A stretch of 64,000 nt of DNA. It comes from Nitrosopumilus sp. (GTDB lineage Archaea; Thermoproteota; Nitrososphaeria; Nitrososphaerales; Nitrosopumilaceae). The notes under the pieces are model-generated. The model was not told the origin of the DNA. It saw only the letters and a list, made by a program, of their open reading frames with translations, and did not search any database. How positions within the stretch are numbered: position 1 is the stretch's first letter; every line of letters starts with the position of its first letter. This document shows, piece by piece, positions 50,445-60,190 of this stretch. Location of the stretch: contig OZ244651.1 of the NCBI GenBank assembly GCA_965218695.1, positions 1,312,001 through 1,376,000 on the forward strand, read 5' to 3'. Made by a program: the position numbers and the translations under genes.

Positions 50445-50617
50445 TTGATGAAAGGCGGGCTGTTTCTCAATTTAAAGGAAATGTTTGGAACCTGCCCTTG
50501 CACACGGCACGGCCGGAACTCAGTCCGGGCTGAAAACAGGTAGGACTCTGACTTTGTGCGGTTTGTAAAATTTTGTGGGCTGACACATTTTAAGGGGATT
50601 TTGCTATTTGTCATGGT

Positions 50618-51496
50618 GTGGATCTGAAAAGACTTCTTGAGGCGAGGGGGCTGGACCCGTTTCCGGCCGGACTGGGAGGATGCAGAGCCGCCGGCACCCA
50701 TTTTGAACCATGCGGGTATGACGTCTTTGTCTTTGACGGAGGATCCGGACGTGAGACAGTCCGGTGCGGGGATTCGTATGCCGTCATCCGCCATGCCTCC
50801 CTGTCCGGGAACGACCCGAAGGTTCTCCTTGGATATGACGGGATGCAGATAATCCAGGACGAGTCGTGGGATTTGAGAATGCTTGTATCAAGGGTCCAGG
50901 CAAAAAAGCCGGCACTCTTTACCAATCTTGCCAGGGACAATCTGATCGAGGCACTGTTCTGCATTCAGAGAACCATAAAGGCGATTCAGGCATCCGACAC
51001 ATTCGCCCCGTTCTGGCAAAAATGTGCCTCATACTGCCTGGCAGATGCGATATGTCTCCTGAACCATCGAAAACCAAGTCCCTCCCACATGCTTGAGACG
51101 CTTCGGCTGCTTCCAAAGAATCCCATCAACGAGCACATCTCGTCTGTAACCCAGACGATAGGAATGGAGAGGGCGACTACCACACTCCTTGAGCGGATGC
51201 TCAAATCGACGATCGGATTCTCTGACATGGTCCGGGCAGGCGTTTCTGGAACCATCCGGTCAAAATATGATTTCTTTCTGAAAAACTCCATGCCTACTGA
51301 CTGTTATTTTTACCTGGGGTATGTCAACAGGCAGAACTTTGAGGGAATCAAGAACACCCTGGATGTGAGGCGGGATCTCTTTCATGTACTGAGAACCGCC
51401 TTTGACACGGGGGCCGACTCTGGCCTGCTGGAGGAGCAGGCAGGCCTCATCAAAACCTCATGCAACTCCATACTTGAGACGGTATCGGATGTATAG
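50618..51496 (+). CDS. Hypothetical protein, possible degenerate nucleotidyltransferase fold
   Basis: LGGCRAAG...GYDVFVF resembles the hG[GS]...DhDh motif. Confidence 0.75.
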   Translation: MDLKRLLEARGLDPFPAGLGGCRAAGTHFEPCGYDVFVFDGGSGRETVRCGDSYAVIRHASLSGNDPKVLLGYDGMQIIQDESWDLRMLVSRVQAKKPALFTNLARDNLIEALFCIQRTIKAIQASDTFAPFWQKCASYCLADAICLLNHRKPSPSHMLETLRLLPKNPINEHISSVTQTIGMERATTTLLERMLKSTIGFSDMVRAGVSGTIRSKYDFFLKNSMPTDCYFYLGYVNRQNFEGIKNTLDVRRDLFHVLRTAFDTGADSGLLEEQAGLIKTSCNSILETVSDV

Positions 51497-51651
51497 CCAG
51501 GTCCTACCGGGGGGCACCGCACAGAAGATTACACACAGTCGACTGGCATGGCGGCATCTTTTGCGGTTTTGCCGTTTCTGACACCGTGAGACCCCAAGGG
51601 CTTGACTCGAATCTGACCCCCTTGGGGTAGTGGAACGATTGGGGCGTAAGC

Positions 51652-51671
51652 CCGGCCGGCCGGCCGGCCGG
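51652..51671. repeat. Intergenic (CCGG)5 microsatellite
   Basis: Read directly. Confidence 0.95.
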
Positions 51672-51771
51672 TCGGTCCTTGGCATCTGAGGACGACTCCC
51701 CATGCAGCCGTGTCAAACGGCGTGGACTTGGCTCTTGCAGACGCGGTTGCATGACCTGTGCCCGGATTTGT

Positions 51772-51790
51772 ATGCATGCATGCATGCATG
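51772..51790. repeat. Intergenic (ATGC)4.75 microsatellite
   Basis: Read directly. Confidence 0.95.
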
Positions 51791-51866
51791 TGTGTGGGGT
51801 TGATCCTATTTGTGTAAACCATGCTCTTGTACTAACCTTTTAAAACAAGTGCATGTGAGGTATAGT

Positions 51867-52001
51867 ATGTCTGATGCAGCATGTGGATGTGCAGCCCAAG
51901 CCGAGAACGGCACTGAGTGTGACTGTACAATGCAGAGCGAGTGTTATTGTGACGCTTCATGCGATTGTACTCTGGATATATGCAAAAACACTCCCCACTA
52001 G
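51867..52001 (+). CDS. Metallothionein-like 44-aa protein (9 Cys, four CxC pairs)
   Basis: ttttaaaa box about 28 nt upstream; MSDAACGC...CDC...CYC...CDC...C. Confidence 0.7.
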   Translation: MSDAACGCAAQAENGTECDCTMQSECYCDASCDCTLDICKNTPH

Positions 52002-52025
52002 AGAAACTTACATTCTTTTTATTTT

Positions 52026-52211
52026 TTAGTCCTCTTCTTCTTCCATGCCCCATGATCTCACAAGATCCTTCTGAAATTTGTCGGACTGTTTTTGATCCAG
52101 GGCGAATCCGCAGTTCTTGTGGGTGGGGACGACTATCATGCCATCAAGCTTGAATTCAACCTCGTACAGGTGAACCTTTGAGCATTCACACATATCTGAG
52201 ATCTGTGCCAT
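52026..52211 (-). CDS. Small hypothetical protein (61 aa), possible Zn-binding
   Basis: CxC...HxxC; acidic tail. Confidence 0.75.
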   Translation of the reverse strand: MAQISDMCECSKVHLYEVEFKLDGMIVVPTHKNCGFALDQKQSDKFQKDLVRSWGMEEEED

Positions 52212-52296
52212 TCTTCCTCTATATCTGCCTATTTGAGGCATTGGAGAATTCTGCACACCCCCCATATCCCTGAAACTAAGGTTTAACTATCCGTGT

Positions 52297-53769
52297 ATGT
52301 TATTTCACATATTGAATGTGCTAATTGCAGCTCTGTCTGTTGCGGTACTTTTGTTGACAACGTACTCTTCTGATGCATTTGCCCAGTACGAGTCAGGCGG
52401 TGTAGACAAGGAGGGGACATGGTATGTCGGCGAGGGGCTAGCGCAGGGCGACTATTTTCATTATACCATGTGTCATGTTGACCACAGGGAGTGCAGGGAT
52501 TTTGATTTTGAGATGTGGATAAAGGGAGATGTCGCAGTCGGCAGTGAGACGCAGCTGCTTGCAGAGGTCGTAGTGCATGACGGTAACAGGGTGATTGTGG
52601 GCAATATGACTATGGGAAAACTCATCCCTGAGCCGACAGGCAGCAGTCCTGAACTGGATAAATACAGGCGTGCGTTCGGCTCATCTGTGTCATGGTTGTC
52701 TGCATATGCGACTGCACATATTGATGAGAGCCAGAAGGGCCCAAAGGCATTCGCTGACATATCCTGGGGCAAGATTGCAAACATCGGCGGCGAGCAGATA
52801 CGCCCAAAAGAGATCGAGGATGTCACTGTTCCGGCAGGAACATGGGAGACTGTTCGGATATCCTGGAAGACGGGCGGATATGTCAGCAACGTGTGGGTGG
52901 TGGATGATTTTCCATTCCCGATAAAGGCTGCAACACTTGTCCATGTGTCTGAGGGCATTCCTCCGCAAGAGTATGAGTTTGTCCTTCGCGACTATAAACA
53001 ATATGTACAGGAGAATCCGTTTGCGGACATAGTCCCCACAGGGAGTGATCGGCTACCGCCGTGGTGCGATGATGATGTTCAAAGAACAGTCGTGGTCAAA
53101 AAGGCAACCGAACACCACCACTACCAGGTACACGTCTCCTACGGGCCAGAGGATCCAGCCGAGGAATGCGAGATGGAGTGGCTTATCAAGTTTATCAAAA
53201 AAGAGGACGACACAGAGTTCCTGAACCAGGTTCAGTTTGATGTTCTGGTACTGGATGACTCTGGGAAAACAATAAGATCACTTGCACAGGATGAAGGTAG
53301 GCAATTTCTCTATGCGCCCGCGGGCCAATACTCTCTTGACATGACTGTAAAGGAGGATGCCGGTACTGTTGACTATCAAGTAGTGATATATGGTCTAGCT
53401 CTTGACTGGGTTGTTCCAGAGGGACCCCTTGATCGTTTGATCATCCCCATAACGATATTTCCCGGCGACGAACCCGTGAGTGATGACCCCGTGAGCATCC
53501 CGTCATGGGTAAAGCTCAATGCAGGACTGTGGGCAGACGGCACCCTGGATGATGCCACCTTTGTCCAGGCCCTCCAGTACCTGATTGGAGAGGGAATCAT
53601 ACAGATTCCGTCAACTGATCCGGGTGATGCGGCGGCCGAGACCGGCGAGATCCCGTCATGGGTAAAGCTCAATGCAGGACTGTGGGCAGACGGCACCCTG
53701 GATGATGCCACCTTTGTCCAGGCCCTCCAGTACCTGATTGGAGAGGGAATCATAACCGTCCCGACCTGA
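52297..53769 (+). CDS. Secreted/surface protein with two C-terminal IPSWVKxNAGxW repeats
   Basis: Signal peptide ending AFA; thaumarchaeal C-terminal repeat. Confidence 0.88.
   Translation: MLFHILNVLIAALSVAVLLLTTYSSDAFAQYESGGVDKEGTWYVGEGLAQGDYFHYTMCHVDHRECRDFDFEMWIKGDVAVGSETQLLAEVVVHDGNRVIVGNMTMGKLIPEPTGSSPELDKYRRAFGSSVSWLSAYATAHIDESQKGPKAFADISWGKIANIGGEQIRPKEIEDVTVPAGTWETVRISWKTGGYVSNVWVVDDFPFPIKAATLVHVSEGIPPQEYEFVLRDYKQYVQENPFADIVPTGSDRLPPWCDDDVQRTVVVKKATEHHHYQVHVSYGPEDPAEECEMEWLIKFIKKEDDTEFLNQVQFDVLVLDDSGKTIRSLAQDEGRQFLYAPAGQYSLDMTVKEDAGTVDYQVVIYGLALDWVVPEGPLDRLIIPITIFPGDEPVSDDPVSIPSWVKLNAGLWADGTLDDATFVQALQYLIGEGIIQIPSTDPGDAAAETGEIPSWVKLNAGLWADGTLDDATFVQALQYLIGEGIITVPT
53497..53754 (+). 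repeat. Identical 105-bp direct repeat (53497-53601 and 53650-53754)
   Basis: Read directly. Confidence 0.95.
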
Positions 53770-53811
53770 TGACACCATTAGTTAAAATCCCAGACCGATC
53801 CATGATGCTGT

Positions 53812-54171
53812 ATGGTGGCCATCTTCAGGTATCCGAAACGAAAGCTGCGAAAACTGATCAAGGACGGTGAGTACATTCAGGCAATCGAGTTTGGACGTAG
53901 CATAGAGTCTGGATTCTCAGACGATCACGATTACATGTTTATCATGGGAAGCATATACTTTATAGTCGATGATCCCGACAGGGCGCTGCCCTACTTTGAA
54001 AAGGCCGCGGGGATAAGTCCTGATGATGTGGAGACGCTTAGGCTCAAGACCAACGTCCATCTGGCCCTGAATCAAAAGGATGATGCCATCGGGTGTTGCA
54101 GACGCATAGTGGAACTGCAGCCAAAAAACTCCGAGGCCCGGGAACTGCTAGATGCCCTTGAGGGCCTGTAG
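53812..54171 (+). CDS. Tetratricopeptide-repeat protein
   Basis: MGSIY...A..YFEKA...P and A...C..IVELQP patterns. Confidence 0.85.
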   Translation: MVAIFRYPKRKLRKLIKDGEYIQAIEFGRSIESGFSDDHDYMFIMGSIYFIVDDPDRALPYFEKAAGISPDDVETLRLKTNVHLALNQKDDAIGCCRRIVELQPKNSEARELLDALEGL

Positions 54172-54173
54172 GG

Positions 54174-54683
54174 CTATCTCCTCTTAACCTGGTATACCTC
54201 ATCCATCAGCCAGTCACAAAACGCAGTGACGCCGTCGTCAAACTCGGTCCAGATGTGCAGTGAATGGGGCAGGATGTCGATCTTCCAGTCATCTGTGTAT
54301 ACCCTGACACCCTCCTTGTTCTCATACATGTATGCATCCTGCGTCTTCACATTGCCAAGCGTATCTGTCGCCTTTTTCTTGATTATTTCCCTGTCCATGG
54401 GGAACCGTTTCTTTTCATAGTCCACTATCAGGCTCAGATCCCTTCTTCCATACATCTCAAACTCCTCAATTCTTCCCTCCTTTGGAAAGTTTACAATCAG
54501 TTTTATGCCGTATCTCTTGCCTACCTCCCTGCCGATCTCGACTATTCTGGTGTAGCCCATCCCGGGATTCTTGTTTAGGAGAAACCGTATCTGCGCCATG
54601 TTCCTCTTCAGGTCGTCCTGCAGGGCCAAGACTATCTCTGAAAATATCACAACGTCTGATGGCAGGGTTCCAGATATAATCAT
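54174..54683 (-). CDS. Hypothetical protein (start uncertain)
   Basis: About 169-aa ORF. Confidence 0.78.
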   Translation of the reverse strand: MIISGTLPSDVVIFSEIVLALQDDLKRNMAQIRFLLNKNPGMGYTRIVEIGREVGKRYGIKLIVNFPKEGRIEEFEMYGRRDLSLIVDYEKKRFPMDREIIKKKATDTLGNVKTQDAYMYENKEGVRVYTDDWKIDILPHSLHIWTEFDDGVTAFCDWLMDEVYQVKRR

Positions 54684-54797
54684 TAATGTTGATTCACACC
54701 TCTTCCTGTACAAAAGAGTCCTGTTGCCCTGAATGTGAGGTTCGTGGCTTGAAAACAACTAAGATTGGTTTTTTTAGAACCGCAATGCATCCACTGC

Positions 54798-55445
54798 ATG
54801 GCAATGCCGATGGACTACGACGGGATGCGGACAGACGATGCGTCCGAGAGGACCGACAACGTAGACGAGTACCGGCGCACGTGCATCGACTTTATCGAGG
54901 ACATCTCACACGACTATGAGGCATGGGTTGACTATTACAAACTTCCCGCAGACGAGGACAAACGCAGGCGAACAGGAATCAGGACCATAATCCCTCGGAC
55001 CAACCAGTGGATTGCCAAGGTGGCGCAGTCGATCAAGGCAGTCGACGTTGTGATGAACGACGGGATCCAAAAGATGGCCGAGTCGACTGCCGGGAAACCC
55101 TTCGCGTTTGGCGTATTTGTCAACAAGCAATCAAGCTATACCGAATCAAGGCCTGGAATAATCGATCTCAACGTAAAGGCAAACGGAAGGGACGGAAGAA
55201 AGACAAAGCTGGGATTTCATTTCAAGGACAACCGGTTCAGAATAGAGTCTACGTGCGGAGCGTTCCTGGATGAGACCGCGTTGCCTACAGGCGAGTTTGA
55301 TCTGATGGATGCAACCCTGCACCTTGACGCCCAAAACGCAAAACGGCGCGACGTGATCTCGTTTACTGTCACCGTCTGCGAGGTTGACGGGGCTGGAAAC
55401 GAGCTTGACCGGCGGGGACTGACTACTATCGTCCACATAGTTTAG
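54798..55445 (+). CDS. Hypothetical protein (start uncertain)
   Basis: About 215-aa ORF. Confidence 0.78.
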   Translation: MAMPMDYDGMRTDDASERTDNVDEYRRTCIDFIEDISHDYEAWVDYYKLPADEDKRRRTGIRTIIPRTNQWIAKVAQSIKAVDVVMNDGIQKMAESTAGKPFAFGVFVNKQSSYTESRPGIIDLNVKANGRDGRKTKLGFHFKDNRFRIESTCGAFLDETALPTGEFDLMDATLHLDAQNAKRRDVISFTVTVCEVDGAGNELDRRGLTTIVHIV

Positions 55446-55447
55446 CC

Positions 55448-57742
55448 TTATGGGGCGATCCTGGAACGATCGTCGAGGAACCCTATGAACCCTCCCGTGT
55501 TCCTGAGCATGATGGAGTTTTCCACATCAAGGGTGTCCAGCGAGTTCATCTTCAGGAACCCCTCCGATGCCGTATACAACACGTCTTCGATGTAGAACGT
55601 TCTGGCATGGTGGTCTAGCCCGAGGTATCCTGGGCTATACCTGACGCCCTCCCAATGCTTTATGGTTCCCCTCAGATCAAACCCGTCGACCGGGCCCAGA
55701 TCAAACACGTAGAATCCGCTCCAACTTATCTCGTCGTTGTCATGTATCCCGCTTATCCTCTTTTGCTCCGTCAGCCCGTCGAGGTTCTTTACATCACCGG
55801 TGATCGGAACTGACAGGATCCTGCCTTCCCCGTCTGCTGCTCCCCTTCCAAGGAAGAATGCCTTGTGGTTGTGCAGTGCCTCTGACTGGGTCCCCCTGTC
55901 CCCTATCACCACCTCGTCTGCAACCTTGGGATTGCTCACGTCTGCCACGTTGAACAGCGCTATCTTTACGCCAAGTGGCGTGGCGCCTCCCCACTGGTTT
56001 GCCTTTGTATCCCTGCCTATTCCGATGACGTGTTCGTCGTCATACGGATGCAGATAGTTTGAGAATCCTGGAATCTTCAACTCCCCGAGTATCTTTGGCG
56101 TATCCTCTGATAGGTCGATCACAAAGAACGGATCGATCTGCTGGAAGGTGACCAGGTACAGCCTGTCATCCATGAACCTTGCAGAGAAGATGCTCTCGTC
56201 TGGGGCGATATCGTCCAGCCCACCCACTATGTTCAGTTCCTCGTCCAGTACATAGACTGCGTTCTCCCGGAGGGTACCGGAGTGCTGGGTGTAGCGGTCA
56301 GCCGTGGTCGCGATCCTGAACCTGTCCCCGTGCTCGTCCATTGAAAACTGGTTGAGGAGCCTGCCAGGCACGGAGCCGCTTGCAATATGCTCTATGTCTG
56401 TCCCGTCGATTGCAATCTTGTGGATCACCACCTTCTGGGTCGCCGAACCGCCGGCTTCTAGCACCGCCAAGTCGTACTCGATTAGCGCCCTCTCTATGTT
56501 TTGGAGCAGCTCCAGTCTGTTGTTCTTGTTGATGCCGTCATAGAACTCCTGCAGCATGCCTGATATCTTGGCCCACCGTTCAGGCGAGCCCAGCGAGGCG
56601 TCATCACGTACGGCCCTTATCTCCTCTTGGAGCGCGCTGTCCGGGAGCAGCGGCACGACGACGTCATAGAACCTGTCCTCTCGGGAGTCCTCAAACAGCT
56701 CGGGCAGGTTGTTGCTCTGTTGGTATGTCAGGTAAAAGTTGTCCTCGGATACATAGTGCGTGCCAGAGTATCCCATCAGGTATGACTTTGAGCTGATCTC
56801 GTCTCCAAAGACATCGATCGCAGTAAGCGTGTTAAAGTTTGTGAGTCTCTCGGGGTTGTCAAAATAAAACGCGTCAGGGGTCATGACGTGCCTGGAACCC
56901 TCGTGGATCATTGGCAGCTTGGGATTGTGGTAGTCCACATGGCTGTTTGTCACAAAGTATGCGTGGTTGCCTATCATTCTGGCATCAACGAAATGCCCTC
57001 CTATGGAGTAGTCCTTGAGGATAGTTGGATTCTCCCTGTCTGCAACATCAACAACCAGCGCGTGGGTGACCGGGACGTAAATTGACTGTGGAACAAAGCC
57101 AAACTCTGGAATTACCTCCTCAAAACTCTCTCCGTTGTAAAATATTACCAGCCTGTCCCCATTCAGAAACATGTCCTCGATGTAACTCGAGTCCACGTCG
57201 ATGGCCGTCTTCAGGACCAGCCTTGCGTCCTGTGCCGGGTATGCGTCAATTATCGAAAGCGTGTTGTCTGTTACGATGTAGACGTACTTTCCGTCGTTCT
57301 TGAGATAATCCGGCTCATCGACCCCCTTTACCTGCACGTTGGTTGTGGAATAATCCTGGGCGTTCTGACTCTTTTCTGTGGACAACTGCATCAGCGCTGA
57401 TTCGAATGACGCGTCTTGATCTACCATCATCGCGTCGCCGTCCATCACCACCACTGACTCGACCTCTGCGAATCTTTGAGGCTCGAAATTCCTGTAAATA
57501 CGATCTTCAAGCATCTGCGATGCATGAAGAATCTCGACCAGCGCTTCTTGGGATGTGATCTTTATGACGTTGTTTTCCCCGCTAAACAGCCTGGCAGAGT
57601 CCTCGACGTAGACTGTCTCAGTCACCCGAACGACGTCTGTCCCTCTGTCGTCTTCTGGCTGCGTCTCAAGCCCCACCAGGAACATGACTCCTCCTGCGCC
57701 AATCACTAGCGCGACCATTGCAATTGTTATTTTTGTGTTCAT
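55448..57742 (-). CDS. Secreted/membrane-anchored beta-propeller (Beta_propel family) protein
   Basis: YSTTNVQVKGVDEPD, LLNQFSMDE, IYS-like SARF...YLVTFQQIDP, GELKIPGFSNYLHP. Confidence 0.9.
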   Translation of the reverse strand: MNTKITIAMVALVIGAGGVMFLVGLETQPEDDRGTDVVRVTETVYVEDSARLFSGENNVIKITSQEALVEILHASQMLEDRIYRNFEPQRFAEVESVVVMDGDAMMVDQDASFESALMQLSTEKSQNAQDYSTTNVQVKGVDEPDYLKNDGKYVYIVTDNTLSIIDAYPAQDARLVLKTAIDVDSSYIEDMFLNGDRLVIFYNGESFEEVIPEFGFVPQSIYVPVTHALVVDVADRENPTILKDYSIGGHFVDARMIGNHAYFVTNSHVDYHNPKLPMIHEGSRHVMTPDAFYFDNPERLTNFNTLTAIDVFGDEISSKSYLMGYSGTHYVSEDNFYLTYQQSNNLPELFEDSREDRFYDVVVPLLPDSALQEEIRAVRDDASLGSPERWAKISGMLQEFYDGINKNNRLELLQNIERALIEYDLAVLEAGGSATQKVVIHKIAIDGTDIEHIASGSVPGRLLNQFSMDEHGDRFRIATTADRYTQHSGTLRENAVYVLDEELNIVGGLDDIAPDESIFSARFMDDRLYLVTFQQIDPFFVIDLSEDTPKILGELKIPGFSNYLHPYDDEHVIGIGRDTKANQWGGATPLGVKIALFNVADVSNPKVADEVVIGDRGTQSEALHNHKAFFLGRGAADGEGRILSVPITGDVKNLDGLTEQKRISGIHDNDEISWSGFYVFDLGPVDGFDLRGTIKHWEGVRYSPGYLGLDHHARTFYIEDVLYTASEGFLKMNSLDTLDVENSIMLRNTGGFIGFLDDRSRIAP

Positions 57743-57880
57743 CTTCTCTTCTCCTTTTGCCACATCCGAGCCGGTTTGGTTCGGTGTGATGGTATCTCTC
57801 CGGCACTTCTGGATAAAAGGATTAGTGAAATTCAATCTTTACCAAACGACTTAGATATTTCGGTTCGACTAGTATGTTTA

Positions 57881-58945
57881 ATGCCGACTGATGAAGAACG
57901 AGACGATCTTGTCGAGAGCATAAAGATTCTTGCCACAGACGATGAGCGGTTAAAATCGTTTGGGCAGCTGTTTGCCAACGACTTGGCCCGCAAGATTCTT
58001 CAACTGCTGTTCAACGAGGAACTGACTGCAGCCCGGATATCTCAGAGGACAGACACCTCCCTCCAGCTGGTCAAGTACCACCTTCAAAAATTGCAGGAAC
58101 TGGGGGTAGTAAAGATATCCAAGACCAGCAAGAATTCAAAATCACATGACATGAAGCATTACACCGCCAAGAGCTTCAGCGTCGTGGTTGTCCCGCCAAA
58201 ACTCTCTGAAAAGACAAAGAGCAGCAGGCTGCTCATCCACTCATTTCGGCACATCTACAAGGTTGCAGGGTTGGCAGTTGCGACCGGAATCTCCGGCATG
58301 TTCTCTGCGCTGCAGCTGCAACAAGGCAGTCGGTTCATACAGGACTCTGCCTCTACAGCCTCTCCTGTGTCCGATGTGGGACGAGAGGGGGTAGTTGAGG
58401 GGGGAGGGGAAACTGCCCTACAGGCAACAACGACGACGACGACTACGACGCCGCAAGACGCACAGCAACAAGACACATCACAGAAAGAATCCCAGCAACA
58501 GGATGTGTCTACCGAAGAATCAGTGTCACAACACGATGCGCCGCAAGTAGTACAGGATGAATCTATGGCGGAAATGGGGGATGCATTACAAGAGCAAGCG
58601 ATGACAGCAGATATGTCCGAAGAAGAATCCGTGACTGTTGACGACTCTGCCGCCGTTGAGGTAAAGTCGGCAGACCTTGACAGTGAGCCGTCCAATGCGC
58701 TCGATCCCGCACCGCCGCCGGAGCCCGCAGAGTTGTCACCCTCTCTTGAAACGCAGGACGGACCCTCTGATGATGGCCCCGGGGTTACCGAACTCTTGAG
58801 CGATGCTGATGTGTCGTCGTCGTCTGCTACGTTGTTCCAGTCTTCAGGTCCTTTTCCTGAGCTGTTCCTTCCCCTAGTTGCCGTCACCGTCGTTCTGGGC
58901 GGACTGACGATATTTTATCTTGTCAAATACCTGAAAAGATCCTAG
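57881..58945 (+). CDS. ArsR-like winged-HTH regulator with two TM segments and an acidic disordered linker
   Basis: ARKILQLL...TAARIS...LVKYHLQKLQELGVV; hydrophobic VAGLAVATGISGMFSAL and LFLPLVAVTVVLGGLTIFYLV. Confidence 0.85.
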   Translation: MPTDEERDDLVESIKILATDDERLKSFGQLFANDLARKILQLLFNEELTAARISQRTDTSLQLVKYHLQKLQELGVVKISKTSKNSKSHDMKHYTAKSFSVVVVPPKLSEKTKSSRLLIHSFRHIYKVAGLAVATGISGMFSALQLQQGSRFIQDSASTASPVSDVGREGVVEGGGETALQATTTTTTTTPQDAQQQDTSQKESQQQDVSTEESVSQHDAPQVVQDESMAEMGDALQEQAMTADMSEEESVTVDDSAAVEVKSADLDSEPSNALDPAPPPEPAELSPSLETQDGPSDDGPGVTELLSDADVSSSSATLFQSSGPFPELFLPLVAVTVVLGGLTIFYLVKYLKRS

Positions 58946-59256
58946 CCGTTGGCAAGCGTTACCTCGATTACGGATCTCTTCTCCTTTGCCCTCTCTTCGC
59001 CATGGTACTTTAACTCGGAGATCTTTTTTGCCAGTTCTTCGTCTGCGACCCGTCTTGCATTTCCCAAGAGCACCTGTTGCCCGTACAGTATCCTTACCTC
59101 TGGATTTGCCAGCGCGTTCAAGAACCAGTCGCTATCGGGCTTGTGCCTGGAGAGGTATATCTTTCCGTTGTACCCCACCGCGCGGAGCATCACCTGGTGC
59201 TCTCTTCCGGTGCTTCTTCCCGTTGTGACCAGTACTGCCGTGAACACGTCCTGCAT
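58942..59256 (-). CDS. Deazaflavin (F420)-dependent nitroreductase-like protein (split barrel)
   Basis: LVTTGRSTG, SDWFLNALANP. Confidence 0.82.
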   Translation of the reverse strand: MQDVFTAVLVTTGRSTGREHQVMLRAVGYNGKIYLSRHKPDSDWFLNALANPEVRILYGQQVLLGNARRVADEELAKKISELKYHGEERAKEKRSVIEVTLANG

Positions 59257-59344
59257 GAGTGGCTTTTTGTGTCAAGTAATTTAACCCCATTGCTAGGAAT
59301 TTCTGATATCCGGAGTGATAAACGAAACCTGCAGACAATGAGTC

Positions 59345-59797
59345 ATGACTGCAAAAATGTACGGAATGTCTGAGAACCTGGTCACTGCAGACTCGTTTAC
59401 CGGCAGGAAGGTCATGGACCGGGAGGGAATAGAATACGGAAAGGTCAAACACATTCACATCAATCCGGACACTCTGGCAGTTTCAGGCGTGACGATTCAT
59501 CAGGGATTTCACAAGGATTATTTTCTTGCAGACGACTATATCGACAAGTTCTCTGACACGACGCTGTTCTTGAGCAGGCCCCCTGTCCGCATCGGAATTC
59601 CGGTAATTGACATAGACCGCCGCAAGATTGGCAAGGTAAAAAGGCTGCACAGGAATCCTGAAAGCAACGAGCTGGAGTCCATCGAGGTGTCATACGGCCT
59701 GTCCCGCTCAAGGATCCTCTCCAAATCCGAGATCTGGGGCATAGGCGAGAAGGTCATCCTGAATATGACCCGGGATCACTTTAAGAAGACGAACTGA
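59345..59797 (+). CDS. Tandem PRC-barrel protein
   Basis: GRKVMDREG..YGKV and GIPVID...KIGKV repeats. Confidence 0.85.
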   Translation: MTAKMYGMSENLVTADSFTGRKVMDREGIEYGKVKHIHINPDTLAVSGVTIHQGFHKDYFLADDYIDKFSDTTLFLSRPPVRIGIPVIDIDRRKIGKVKRLHRNPESNELESIEVSYGLSRSRILSKSEIWGIGEKVILNMTRDHFKKTN

Positions 59798-60190
59798 CTG
59801 CACCGGCAGGCACCCCGTCGTCATGATTCATGCACGTGTGGTTATCCCGTGCCATGCTTGGATCCGAACCCGATGACGGCTGTGCGATGACGGCAGCGCC
59901 AGTCATCCTGCCGGCTCTCTGCCGATTTTGAGGCATGCCGCACACGTGGGAACCCCCTCGTTGATGGTTATCTCCAGATTTGACCTGTGGCACTTCTGAC
60001 AAAGTCCTTTCACAAAACTCCCTGCCGGTCGTACCTTAAATTTTTTTGAAGGCACCGTTCGGCTCCACCCAAAACCCGGCACGATTATCTGCCGAACCGA
60101 TCACACCCACACCCCGGCAAATCCCGGATCCGGAGGCACGCGGCGATTCATGCGTAGAGTATAAGACACTCTGGATTCCATGTGATGTGA

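Noticed and set aside
51505-51770. RNase P RNA, SRP RNA or group II intron
   Set aside because: No GAGGAAAGUCC, SRP helix-8 or domain V signature found on either strand
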